A stretch of DNA of 64,000 bases from a bacterium. GTDB lineage: Bacteria; UBP6; UBA1177. Position numbers and translations under genes: made by a program. The DNA lies in NCBI GenBank assembly GCA_017645765.1, contig JAGCNV010000016.1, positions 36,316-100,315 on the forward strand, in the 5' to 3' direction. Shown here piece by piece: positions 37,149-46,744 of this stretch. Each line of letters opens with the position of its first letter. Position 1 is the first letter of the stretch. Below the pieces are notes generated by a model, which was not told the DNA's origin, ran no database searches, and saw nothing but the letters and a program-made list of their open reading frames with translations.

Positions 37149-37904
37149 TTACTTTTGTTCGTATATACTGCCGTAAATATCAAGAATTTCATTTTTATCG
37201 ATATTTATCCCTATCTGCTTGGTTTCAAACGGCATTGAACGCAGTTCTTCTATAAATTTCTGAATATCCTGATAAACTTCAACCGGAACTTTGATCCTGG
37301 CATCGTTGCTGATGAGCGGGAACAGCCTGAACACATCCTGACGGTGTTTCCGAAGATCTCTGTCGCCGACAAGCGTTCCCAGAGATTTCTTTTCCGTTAA
37401 ATCAAGCCACGCTTTCATTTTCATCGGCACGAGATGAGCCGCATCCAAAACAGAGACTTCGCCTGCTACGGTGCGGCCGCCGAGAAGAAATTCGTAGTAT
37501 GCAGGATTCAGCAATATGGCGGAAAGGCTCGATATTTCGTTATCTATGTAAAGCGGTGCAAGATGCCTCGGATAAGAATCCCCGAAAGAGCTTTTATCTC
37601 TTGCAAAAAGTTCGATCATTGCCGGATATTCCGCATTTTTCGGATTTACAAAACGGTAAAATTCTGGTTTCCCGCTGCTTCTGAGCCGCGCTTCGTAGCC
37701 GCCTTCATTTACAAACTGCCAGAAAGACGAAGCAAATTCCGCAGTCAAAACCTCAACTATCAAAACCATGTCGATGTCTTTTGTCGCTCTGAAGCTGATT
37801 CCGGCTTCATCGAGAAGCAGATCACACGCAGTTCCGCCGATAAGGACATATTGATCCTTGAAATCTTTGAAATGTTCTCTGAAAGTTTCTATTCCGCTTG
37901 TCAC
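37149..37904 (-). CDS. AbiEii/DUF1814-like nucleotidyltransferase toxin
   Basis: LIGGTACDLLLDEAGISFRATKDIDMVL matches the GGTA...R.T.DID nucleotidyltransferase motifs I recall for AbiEii. 4-bp overlap with the upstream HTH gene. Confidence 0.55.
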   Translation of the reverse strand: MTSGIETFREHFKDFKDQYVLIGGTACDLLLDEAGISFRATKDIDMVLIVEVLTAEFASSFWQFVNEGGYEARLRSSGKPEFYRFVNPKNAEYPAMIELFARDKSSFGDSYPRHLAPLYIDNEISSLSAILLNPAYYEFLLGGRTVAGEVSVLDAAHLVPMKMKAWLDLTEKKSLGTLVGDRDLRKHRQDVFRLFPLISNDARIKVPVEVYQDIQKFIEELRSMPFETKQIGINIDKNEILDIYGSIYEQK

Positions 37905-38905
37905 TCTGCGCCTCCATTCAATCCGTATTTCTGCCTGATGTTGTCAAGTTCATTCTGCACACGCTCGTCATCCGAGTCGTTAAGTTCAAGCAAAAGCGAG
38001 ATGTCATCCGCATATTCAGAATCAGTAAGCAGCAACGGATCATATTTCCATACTTCTATGATTTCACCACCGAAATCACGGAAAGCCTGTTTATCTATGA
38101 GAAGATTTTTGTCCAGATTGTATGCGACCGCCTTGTTGACCGCATAACCTCCGTCCGAACTCAGCGAAACGAGGTTGCTTCTCTCGGAAAGTGCCTTCAA
38201 ACCACTGATTTTAAACGAAATATTCAGCGGCATCGACTTGACGTAAAGCAATTTCTGAACGGGCGAAGTCAGATGGTGAAAAGCTGTGTTCAAATCACTT
38301 TTCAACGAAATAAGATTGGCAGTTCTCTCACTCAATGAAGCTACAAGGTCCAAATCCCGAAGCTGCTGAACAGCCCTTGCACAGGTTGTTTTAGGCAAAG
38401 AAAGAGCCCTTGAGATCTGAGTCTGAGTCAGTGTTCTATTCCTGTTTTTGCTGTAGTACAAATACAAAAAAACAAGTTGCGCGTTTGCAGAGAGCAAAGC
38501 CGGAACTTTCTGCGGATTCAAAATCTTTTCTTCAAAATAAGAGCCCCAGAAAGGAATAAAAATCTGCCCTTTTGCCGAAACGAAGGCGATCCGCGATTCA
38601 ATAAGGTTCGTGCGCTGTAACGCCGTAAGTCTTTCAAGTTGCACTATAACAGGTTCATGCAGCATTTCTTCAATAAGCCTGATCTGCTTTTTCAGTGTCG
38701 CCAGATTCCAATCATCACTTTTGGGAATAATCAGAAGAGAGCTTTTTTCGCCGAAAAACAAACGCCTGACAGAGTAACCGTAACGGATGAAATTCGGAAT
38801 GCTTTCAGGGAACTGAAAACGGCTTTCGCTTATTGAATTTCCAAAGATATTTCTTATAGTTTCAAGCATATTGTTCCACCTCCGAATATTTTGTACCATA
38901 AACAA
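37901..38905 (-). CDS. AbiEi-like HTH antitoxin/transcriptional regulator
   Basis: 334 aa with a predicted HTH (LTQTQISRALSLPKTTCARAVQQLRDLDLV). It sits immediately upstream of, and translationally coupled to, the nucleotidyltransferase gene. Confidence 0.45.
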   Translation of the reverse strand: MFMVQNIRRWNNMLETIRNIFGNSISESRFQFPESIPNFIRYGYSVRRLFFGEKSSLLIIPKSDDWNLATLKKQIRLIEEMLHEPVIVQLERLTALQRTNLIESRIAFVSAKGQIFIPFWGSYFEEKILNPQKVPALLSANAQLVFLYLYYSKNRNRTLTQTQISRALSLPKTTCARAVQQLRDLDLVASLSERTANLISLKSDLNTAFHHLTSPVQKLLYVKSMPLNISFKISGLKALSERSNLVSLSSDGGYAVNKAVAYNLDKNLLIDKQAFRDFGGEIIEVWKYDPLLLTDSEYADDISLLLELNDSDDERVQNELDNIRQKYGLNGGAE

Positions 38906-39036
38906 TGGAACAAGTCAATTTATTATGGAACATAAAGAAATTGTCTGGCAGTGAACTCTTAAAAACTTACTAACTAAACAATATTCTTGTAAAATGATTT
39001 TTGCGAAAAGCCAGTGCTTCAGCAAAATCTGATTAC

Positions 39037-40170
39037 CTATTCAAGCATTTCAAGCATGATTTTAAGAGCAACTTTGACCGCCCCGAAATCTGGAAAAAAG
39101 ATATTGGAATGAAGTGAAACAGGCTCGGCATCGGGATTTCTGCGGCAGCCTACCCAAAACATGATCCCGCTCCATTTTTTTGTGAAATAGCCGAAATCCT
39201 CACCTACGAGATCGCCTTTTTTGTAGATGCACCTGATGTTGTGCTTTTCCGCGGCGGTTTTGAGTTTTGTGAATAATTCAGGCGTGTTGCGAACCTCGAT
39301 GTATTCACCCAAAATCGTGAGTTTAGACGAGCAGCCGTAGCTTTCAGCGCATCTTTGAGCAGTTTCTTCGACTATCTTTGTGCCCAAGCTCATCATTTCT
39401 GAAGTGAATGAACGCAAAGTTCCCTCAATTTTGGAATATCCAGAAACAACATTTCTCGCCGTTCCCGAAACAAGTTTGCCGAAGTGGGCGTGAAAAGTTT
39501 CGGTTGGATTTATGTTTTTGCGGATGTTGTGCTCGATTACAGTCAGGAATTCAGCCGCGGCAGCCAGAGCATCGTGACCGCGCTCCGGAAATGCGGCGTG
39601 AGCTGTTTTACCTTCAAAAACGACATTGACTTCTCGCGGAATGGCGAAAAGAACATTATCGTTCGAAGCGATTTCGCCGACAAGAAAATCGTCGTTCACG
39701 TGAATTGCATGCGCCGCCTCGATATTGTATTTGTCAAAAACGCCGCTTTCGATCATTTTTCTGGCACCCCCGGCACCTTCTTCCCCAGGCTGGAAAACAA
39801 AAAGAATGTTCTTCTCCGGCAGTGTTTCAGCAACTTCCGCCAGGATTCCGCAGAGAACAGTCATGTGGATGTCGTGACCGCATGCGTGCATAACTCCAGG
39901 ATTTTTCGAAACAATTTCGTGATCAGGACTCTCATCGACTTTGATCGCGTCCATATCGGCGCGGAAAAGTTTGTAAGGTTTATCGCCGCCGTTGTGATAG
40001 TCGATAACGATAGAAGTCAAAAACGGACGATGGACAGTAAAAAGCGGAGAACCTTTCGTCACTTCGTTAAAGAAATCGAGAATAATTTCAGCCGTTTTGA
40101 ACTCGTTAAACGAAGGTTCCGGCGATTCGTGCAGAACCTTGCGGAGTGCTTTTAATCTTTCAAGATCCAT
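39037..40170 (-). CDS. M20D family amidohydrolase (candidate N-acetyl-LL-diaminopimelate deacetylase / aminoacylase)
   Basis: The MHACGHDIHMT motif marks the M20D metal-binding site. 377 aa. Its pairing with dapH elsewhere in the window suggests the acetylase DAP branch. Confidence 0.7.
   Translation of the reverse strand: MDLERLKALRKVLHESPEPSFNEFKTAEIILDFFNEVTKGSPLFTVHRPFLTSIVIDYHNGGDKPYKLFRADMDAIKVDESPDHEIVSKNPGVMHACGHDIHMTVLCGILAEVAETLPEKNILFVFQPGEEGAGGARKMIESGVFDKYNIEAAHAIHVNDDFLVGEIASNDNVLFAIPREVNVVFEGKTAHAAFPERGHDALAAAAEFLTVIEHNIRKNINPTETFHAHFGKLVSGTARNVVSGYSKIEGTLRSFTSEMMSLGTKIVEETAQRCAESYGCSSKLTILGEYIEVRNTPELFTKLKTAAEKHNIRCIYKKGDLVGEDFGYFTKKWSGIMFWVGCRRNPDAEPVSLHSNIFFPDFGAVKVALKIMLEMLE
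39046..39091. repeat. Direct repeat, copy B (the native 3' end of the M20 amidohydrolase gene)
   Basis: See copy A. This copy is the in-frame C-terminus ...DFGAVKVALKIMLEMLE of the 39037..40170 gene. Confidence 0.8.
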
Positions 40171-43100
40171 TTATTTCTCCTCAAGAAGAACCTGAACTGC
40201 CTTTTCGATCTGCGGATCACGCCCTTCGATAATGTTGTTCGGGAGCATCGGCACTACGAAATCTGGAACTAGTTCGTTGTTTTCGAGATATTTTCCGTCG
40301 TTTCCGGAAATACCGATCTGCGGGATTCCGAAGTAGAGCGATTCATCAAGAAGAAGCGGCCACCAGACTGCCGTCGCAGTTCCGGCAACTGGCATTCCGA
40401 CGATTTTTCCGAGATTTAAAGCGCGGTAGGTGTACGGAAAAAGATGAGCGTCACTGTAGTTTCCTTCGTTGACAAGAAGGATCGTCTTTTTAGTCCAGCG
40501 GTCCTGCGGATCGCCGCCGAAATTCTTAATTCCGCGGTGGCTGTAGCGCGTATATGACTTTCCGCTGAAAAGAACGGCAAGGTCGTCATGAAGCCATCCG
40601 CCGCCGTTGAAGCGCGTGTCGATGACGATTCCTTCGGCGTTGCTGTATCTGCCCATGATTTCGTCAAATATCGTTTTAAAGCTGCCGCCGTCCATTCCGC
40701 GGATGTGGACATAACCGAGTTTTCCGCCTGAAAGTTTTTCTACCGACTCACGGTTCTTTTTAACCCAGCGGTTGTAAAGAAGCTCGAATTCGGCTCTGTA
40801 ACCGATCGGTTTGACGACTTCTTCCCAATGCTCCGAAGTTTCGAGATTCCAGAACGAGATCCTGACTTTTTTGTCGGCAGTGCGGTTGAGAAGTTTGTCA
40901 AAACTTTCGGCAGTTACCGCCATTCCGTTGATTTTTTCAATGATATTGCCTGCTTTAACTTTGCTTTCTGCCTTGTCAAGCGGTCCGCCTTTCATTATTT
41001 CTTCGATTTTCACACCGTTTTTGTCGAAAGAGTAGAAAATTCCGAGTCTTCCTGACGCATCACCCATAGCCATATACGGTATATAGCCGCTTCCGGTGTG
41101 GGAAACGTTGAGTTCACCCAGCATTTCGGAGAGAAGTTCGCTGAAATCATAGTTGTTGTTGATGAACGGAATGAATTTCGCGTACTCGTCTTTGTATTTC
41201 GCCCAGTCCACGCCGTGAAGTCCGGTGTCGTAGAACTTGTCGTTCATCGTTTTCCAGACATATTCAAAAAGATATGCGTATTCCGAATTTTTGTTGACGG
41301 AAAACTCCGCGCTTGGTGCAATCGGTTTGACTTTTCCGTCAGCAGCACCGATTTTGCTCGCCTTTCTCATGGCAAGAACAAAAAGCGATGTTCCGTTTGC
41401 ATCCATGTTCAGCGAGAAATGCGGATCATCCCAGAAGGCAATATTTCTCGGATGAGGAATAGCGGTAAGAACTTTGTCTTTCTTTTCGCGGAGATCCAGT
41501 GCAAAAACACGGAACTCAGTCGGATCGAAAGTCATGTAGTAGAGCGTTTCGCCGTCTTTTGAAACTGCGTTTTCAACATAATTTGCAGGATTGAGCGAAG
41601 TTTTTACGATCCTTTCTTCGATATCTTTCGTGTCGAATTCGACCGGTTCTTTTTTCTCGGCAGCTGCCGGCTGGGCAGGTTTCGGAGCGGTAGGAGCCTG
41701 AGTTTTCGCCGCCGCAGCCTTCTTGTCGGCTTCAGCCTTTTTCTCGTCTGAGAGTTCCTCTTTGGTTTTCTGGAAGTTGTCGAAACCTTTTTTGTTGAGG
41801 AAGAAAGCGTAAAGATCAGAACCGCTTATCCACGAAATGAATTCGCCGTTTCCGCTCCACTTTGGAAGCGCGTCGAATGCACCGGAATTGGTGATGTTTA
41901 CGACTTCGCCGCCTTTCGCGTCAACGATTCCGACTTCGCCGCTCCAACGGTCTCTGTCGTTGAAGATTACGGCAAGACGCGAGCTGTCGGGTGACCATGA
42001 ATACTGCTGGTCACCGTCAACGTATGAAACATTTTTGTCGCCTGCAAGAACAGTCGTGTGAGTATTTTTTTCTGTGTCGAAAACGACGAGTTCAGTTCTG
42101 TTTTTGAGGTATGCGATCTTGTTTCCGTCGGGAGAATAGTAAGCCTGAAAAGCGTTAAAATCGCCGGAAATCACTACTTTTTCACTGATTTTAGTCGAAG
42201 TTGCGAAGTAAGGTTCGTTTTCATCTTCGAGAGTCGTTTCATAGATTTTCCAGGTGCCGTCTCTGAACGAAGAATAAAGCAGTTTTCTGTTTTTCGGATG
42301 GAAGTTCACCCACCTTTCCTCGTTCGGCGTGTCGGTGATCCTTTTCGTCGTGCCGGTTTCGGTGTTTACGACATAGATTTCGCCGCGGAGAACCATCGCA
42401 GCCTCGCTTCCGTCGCTGTTCGGAGCGATTTCGTCAGCCGCAGAAAGCATCGAGCGGACTTCCGTTCCCTTCCTTTCAACTGTCGAGAATATTTCGAGTT
42501 TTACAGGTTCTGAGCCGTCTTTCAAAGTGTAGATCTGACCGTTGTATGAAAAGCAGAGAACACCGTTTTTGCTTCTCGTGAGGAATCTTACCGGATGGGT
42601 ATCGAATTTCGTGACCTGAGTTTTAGCACCTGCGGCGGAACGTTTCCAGATGTTGAAAGTACCGCTTTCTTCACTCAAATAGTAAATTTCGCCGTTCTCG
42701 CCGAAAACAGGGTTTCTGTCTTCACCGCCGAAATCGCTGAGTTTATTGAACTTTTTAACATTTGTATCGTATTCCCAGATGTCGCGGGCATTGCTTGAAA
42801 CGTGGTGCTTTCTCCAGTTGTCTTCGTAACCTTTTTTGTCGTGATAAATGAATTTCGAGCCGTCGGCACTGATTTTGAGATCCATTACGGGGAACGGAAG
42901 TTCAAGTTTTTCCTCGCCGCCTTCAGCCGGAACGGAGTAAAGCTGAGGCATGCTTCTCGACGGGAAAAGCGAACTCTCTTTCGTGCCGATCCTTGGAGAA
43001 TAGAAGTAAATCCGCGAATCGTCGGGCGAAAAAGCCATCGGAAAGTCGTTTGCCGAATGGAAAGTTACCCTTTCAGCCGCGCCGCCGTTACGCGAAATGA

Positions 43101-43479
43101 CGTAAATATCATGGTTTCCGTAGCGGCTGCTTATGAAAGCGAGTTTATGACCGTCATTCGACCAGACCGGCATCGATTCAAAAGAAGAAGCCGTAGTCAA
43201 AGCCCGTGCAAAACCGCCTTCGACCGGCACGATGTAAACATCTCCCATGAAGGCAAACGCAATCTCGCTGCCGTCGGGAGAAATCGCCGGATATCTGAGC
43301 CAGTTGAGCAGATTTCCGGCTTCTTTCTGAGCCTGAGAAACCGGAGCCGCCTCGACATGGACTATTTTGTCAACGGGTTTCTCCTTTTTTACTTTGGTTT
43401 CTATACCCAGGAATTTGTCAACCTGCTGACACGAAACGAACAAAAAAACAAGTGAAATTAAAGCAAAAAACCTTTTCAT
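40171..43479 (-). CDS. Tricorn protease homolog (secreted; N-terminal beta-propeller/TolB-like repeats plus PDZ and C-terminal S41 peptidase domain)
   Basis: An ATG at 43477-43479 with a GGAGG 4 nt upstream gives MKRFFALISLVFLFVSC. TolB-like repeats: PDGSEIAFAFMGDVYIV, WSNDGHKLAFISSRYGNHDIYVI. S41 region: GIVIDTRFNGGGWLHDDL. About 1100 aa. Confidence 0.8.
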   Translation of the reverse strand: MKRFFALISLVFLFVSCQQVDKFLGIETKVKKEKPVDKIVHVEAAPVSQAQKEAGNLLNWLRYPAISPDGSEIAFAFMGDVYIVPVEGGFARALTTASSFESMPVWSNDGHKLAFISSRYGNHDIYVISRNGGAAERVTFHSANDFPMAFSPDDSRIYFYSPRIGTKESSLFPSRSMPQLYSVPAEGGEEKLELPFPVMDLKISADGSKFIYHDKKGYEDNWRKHHVSSNARDIWEYDTNVKKFNKLSDFGGEDRNPVFGENGEIYYLSEESGTFNIWKRSAAGAKTQVTKFDTHPVRFLTRSKNGVLCFSYNGQIYTLKDGSEPVKLEIFSTVERKGTEVRSMLSAADEIAPNSDGSEAAMVLRGEIYVVNTETGTTKRITDTPNEERWVNFHPKNRKLLYSSFRDGTWKIYETTLEDENEPYFATSTKISEKVVISGDFNAFQAYYSPDGNKIAYLKNRTELVVFDTEKNTHTTVLAGDKNVSYVDGDQQYSWSPDSSRLAVIFNDRDRWSGEVGIVDAKGGEVVNITNSGAFDALPKWSGNGEFISWISGSDLYAFFLNKKGFDNFQKTKEELSDEKKAEADKKAAAAKTQAPTAPKPAQPAAAEKKEPVEFDTKDIEERIVKTSLNPANYVENAVSKDGETLYYMTFDPTEFRVFALDLREKKDKVLTAIPHPRNIAFWDDPHFSLNMDANGTSLFVLAMRKASKIGAADGKVKPIAPSAEFSVNKNSEYAYLFEYVWKTMNDKFYDTGLHGVDWAKYKDEYAKFIPFINNNYDFSELLSEMLGELNVSHTGSGYIPYMAMGDASGRLGIFYSFDKNGVKIEEIMKGGPLDKAESKVKAGNIIEKINGMAVTAESFDKLLNRTADKKVRISFWNLETSEHWEEVVKPIGYRAEFELLYNRWVKKNRESVEKLSGGKLGYVHIRGMDGGSFKTIFDEIMGRYSNAEGIVIDTRFNGGGWLHDDLAVLFSGKSYTRYSHRGIKNFGGDPQDRWTKKTILLVNEGNYSDAHLFPYTYRALNLGKIVGMPVAGTATAVWWPLLLDESLYFGIPQIGISGNDGKYLENNELVPDFVVPMLPNNIIEGRDPQIEKAVQVLLEEK

Positions 43480-43735
43480 AAGACCTCCGAAAACCATAAA
43501 ACCGCTGATTTTTACAACGCAAAACTCTTTCAGTCAAGAGGAAGGGCAACTTTCAAAATAAAAATCGGGAGTAAACATAAAAACTCATGGATTTTCTCAA
43601 AAAATTGAATACAATATCGAGGTTTGGCTGTGGAGACGTAAACGTCTCAAAAAACACAATGACCGTAAAGATGACGTACAGACTCATCTCTATGCGGTGT
43701 TGTGATGATTTAATTCATATTTCGAGGAGAGAAAA

Positions 43736-44749
43736 ATGAAAAAATTTTGCATTGTTCTGGCACTTTTTACGATGTTTCTGTTTATCGGATGCGGATCGGA
43801 CAAAGATGAAAGCGATACCGTGACCGATACTGATTCAACAGCAGACACCGACACCGATTCAGGAGATTCTCAGACTGGCGATACCGGTAGTTCCGACAAC
43901 GGTGACACTGCGGACAACGGCGATTCCGTCAATGATACCGAAACTACGGACGAAAATGGAATTCCGGACAACGCTGATCCCACTGACGACACAGAAACTT
44001 CTGACGAAGGCGAAATGTCAGACGATGTTGATTCCACGGATGATACCGAGACTCATGACGAGGACGACGCTGATTCCACCGATGAAGCAGACTATTCTGA
44101 CGATGCTGATTCCACAGATGACGCAGATTCTACCGACAATACAGATCCTACAACCAGCGATCCGTGTGAAAGCGTATCGTGCGGAAACGGCGGTGTATGC
44201 ACTGCTGAAAACGGCAACGCAGTCTGCAACTGCCCGCACGGATTTTACGGAAACGGTACAACATGCGCTGCAATCACCTCGCAGCAACCTGGCTGGATCG
44301 GCGTTCAGTGGCCTTTCAGTATTCCCTATTACAAACCAGAAGATCCTGGATATGACCCGTACATGGTTTATGGAGAAATTCATGTTGAAGATGTAACTGG
44401 CTGCCCGTTATCCGATCATCCGCAGCAAAGCAACTGGAAAGCTCAGTTGGGCTATAAAAAAGGCTCAGGCATGGCTGAATATCCGGTTATCGCAGGAACA
44501 TGGACATGGATCGACGCTAACTTCAACTCGGGCTATGATTGTGCTGACGGCAACCAGAACCATGAATACATGATCCCCTTCCCGACTAACGAAGCAGGAA
44601 ACTTCATCTACATTTTCAGATTCTCGCTTGATAACGGCGAGACGTGGTGGTATGCCGACAAAGGCATCGGTCCGGATATCAGCGATATTCCTGGACCTAA
44701 TTTCATAACTTCCGGAACAAACTATCCTGGAAAAGCGACGATCAACTAA
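43736..44749 (+). CDS. Secreted lipoprotein with long D/T/S acidic linker, EGF-like Cys module and unknown C-terminal domain
   Basis: MKKFCIVLALFTMFLFIGCGS, then TDTDSTADTD-type linker, then CESVSCGNGGVCTAENGNAVCNCPHGFYGNGTTCA. Confidence 0.6.
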   Translation: MKKFCIVLALFTMFLFIGCGSDKDESDTVTDTDSTADTDTDSGDSQTGDTGSSDNGDTADNGDSVNDTETTDENGIPDNADPTDDTETSDEGEMSDDVDSTDDTETHDEDDADSTDEADYSDDADSTDDADSTDNTDPTTSDPCESVSCGNGGVCTAENGNAVCNCPHGFYGNGTTCAAITSQQPGWIGVQWPFSIPYYKPEDPGYDPYMVYGEIHVEDVTGCPLSDHPQQSNWKAQLGYKKGSGMAEYPVIAGTWTWIDANFNSGYDCADGNQNHEYMIPFPTNEAGNFIYIFRFSLDNGETWWYADKGIGPDISDIPGPNFITSGTNYPGKATIN

Positions 44750-44776
44750 AATTCAGTTTATAATTCGGAGGCACAG

Positions 44777-46735
44777 ATGAATTTTTCCAAAATTTCAGTT
44801 TTTTCATTGTGTTTTTTCATGATCTGCTCTTTTGCACTGACTGCCGATCCTCAGCCGAACAATCCCCAGCCTCAGCCACAACAGCAGGTACAGCAGCAGG
44901 AAACACCACAGCCTCAGGCGCAGCAGATTCAGCAACAGGAGGAAAACAAACAGGAAGCCAAAGCTGAAAAAGAAAAAACTTACATTTTCCAAGAAGAACT
45001 TGTCGATCCGCCGATAAAGGATTTTACCCCTGAAACAATAAACGAAAACGAACTTCTGACTGCCGACAAACAGGCTCTGCAGCTCTATGAAAAAGCCGTA
45101 AACGAAGAAAAACAGCCGGAGCTGATAAACAACCCCGACAAAGCTTTAAAAATGTGGCAGGACATTGCAAATATCACCAATAACAATCCTTTTTTAAATA
45201 TTGCGAAAAAAAGGGCGGCCGAATGGAAAACCTGCATCGAGTTTTTTGAAAAACATAGGGAAAGTTTCGACAAACTATCAATGTTTACGGCTAGTTCCAT
45301 ACTGCCGTCAAACCAGAAAACAACCCTTGCATCAAAATATCTCGAAGAATTCGGAATAACTTTCGGCACACTTGAAGTTGAACAGCTGTTTCAGAAACTT
45401 CCCGATAAAGATACCATTACAGGAGACGACGTTTTCAAAAACATGATAAAGGATGTTAAGCAGAAACGCTGCGATCACAATTCGGGAAAAGACTGCTACG
45501 AATTCGGTGAAAATTTCACGACGATGGAATATGAAAAAATGATGATGCGTGACAAAGCGTGCGAACTCAAATACCAGCCGGCATGCACAAAACAGCAAGA
45601 GGCAAAGCAACAGGCGAAGCCTCAGGTTCAACCTCAGAAAACCGAAGAAAAAGCGATAAGTTACGAATTAGCAGAAGATGTTATCGGACTGATCAAGCCA
45701 TGTTCGCTAGAAACACTCAATGCGGAAATACTCATGAATGCCGATACACAGAACATACAGCTTTTCGAATCGACAGTAAATCTGGAAAAACAGAAGGAAA
45801 CTATGAGAAATCCCGGAAACGCGATCGCCGCTTGGGAGAAGATGGCTAAGGCTGAAGGCAACAATCCTTTCAAAACGATTGCCGGAGAGCGTATCTCGGA
45901 ATGGAAAAGCTATATCGAAAAACTTGGCAGACACCGCGAAGATATTGCAAAAATAACAGCCATGATGGCTGACGGCGCAGTTACAACAGAACAAAAAACC
46001 GATGCCGCGATCAAGTATCTGGACGAATCGGGCATCAATTTCGGAACTTTGGAAATCATAAACGCCGTTGCGATCCAGCCTGATATAAAAAATAACGAAC
46101 TCTTCGGGACCAAAATCACTGAAACGAGAAAAAAGAGATGCGAACTAGACTCGGGAAAAGACTGCCAGCTTTATGCGGAACACCACACGTCTAATGAAAC
46201 CGAAAAAGCTGAATATCTTGAAAAAGCATGCAAACTTGAAGTCAGTGAGGCTTGTCCTAATACTGTCGCCCAGGCCCCGCAGGCAGAGCAGCCTCAGCAA
46301 CAAGAGGAAGTAGCGAAAGAACCTGCTGAATCCGAAAATTATGAAAAAGAGTGGCGCCGTCTTAGAAATACGAGAATAGCAGTCGCAACCACAACACTCG
46401 TATTAGGAGCTGCAGCCGCAGGTCTCGGAGGATTTTCTTTTTACAAAATGAACAAAGCAAAAGACAAACGCGATGAATTTTATGATCTGTACCAAAATAA
46501 TCTCACTGATCCCGTTCTTGTCCAAGAATACCGCAGTAAAACGGAGAAACAGGACAAAAAATATAAAAAATACATGTTGCTGGGCAGTGTAGGCGTCGGA
46601 GTCGGCGCAGCACTCGTTGCAACAGGAATCGTTCTTTACTCCGTAGAATTCAAAAAAGAGAAAAAACTCAAAAAAAATATCTCTTTCGGTATGAACCCGT
46701 TTGACGGAAATGTTTATTTCACCCTTAACTGGTAG
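44777..46735 (+). CDS. Secreted Q/P-rich protein with an internal tandem duplication of an approximately 190-aa domain and C-terminal TM helices
   Basis: Signal MNFSKISVFSLCFFMICSFALTA. Q/P-rich stretch PQPQQQVQQQETPQPQAQQIQQQ. Two homologous blocks (LYEKAVNEEKQPE...KRCDHNSGKDCYEF and LFESTVNLEKQKE...KRCELDSGKDCQLY). TM segments near the C-terminus. Confidence 0.6.
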   Translation: MNFSKISVFSLCFFMICSFALTADPQPNNPQPQPQQQVQQQETPQPQAQQIQQQEENKQEAKAEKEKTYIFQEELVDPPIKDFTPETINENELLTADKQALQLYEKAVNEEKQPELINNPDKALKMWQDIANITNNNPFLNIAKKRAAEWKTCIEFFEKHRESFDKLSMFTASSILPSNQKTTLASKYLEEFGITFGTLEVEQLFQKLPDKDTITGDDVFKNMIKDVKQKRCDHNSGKDCYEFGENFTTMEYEKMMMRDKACELKYQPACTKQQEAKQQAKPQVQPQKTEEKAISYELAEDVIGLIKPCSLETLNAEILMNADTQNIQLFESTVNLEKQKETMRNPGNAIAAWEKMAKAEGNNPFKTIAGERISEWKSYIEKLGRHREDIAKITAMMADGAVTTEQKTDAAIKYLDESGINFGTLEIINAVAIQPDIKNNELFGTKITETRKKRCELDSGKDCQLYAEHHTSNETEKAEYLEKACKLEVSEACPNTVAQAPQAEQPQQQEEVAKEPAESENYEKEWRRLRNTRIAVATTTLVLGAAAAGLGGFSFYKMNKAKDKRDEFYDLYQNNLTDPVLVQEYRSKTEKQDKKYKKYMLLGSVGVGVGAALVATGIVLYSVEFKKEKKLKKNISFGMNPFDGNVYFTLNW

Positions 46736-46744
46736 GAGGCTATT

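Noticed and set aside
37434-38147. 237-aa plus-strand ORF overlapping the AbiE-like gene pair
   Set aside because: It has no RBS or start context and junk-like composition. The minus-strand genes have coupled starts and recognizable NTase and HTH motifs.
36900-39200. Search for an integrase, recombinase or transposase that could explain the 46-bp direct repeats
   Set aside because: No ORF with tyrosine- or serine-recombinase or DDE motifs was found in or near the cassette. The repeats are still reported as a finding, with the caveat that the mobilizing enzyme must act in trans or has been lost.
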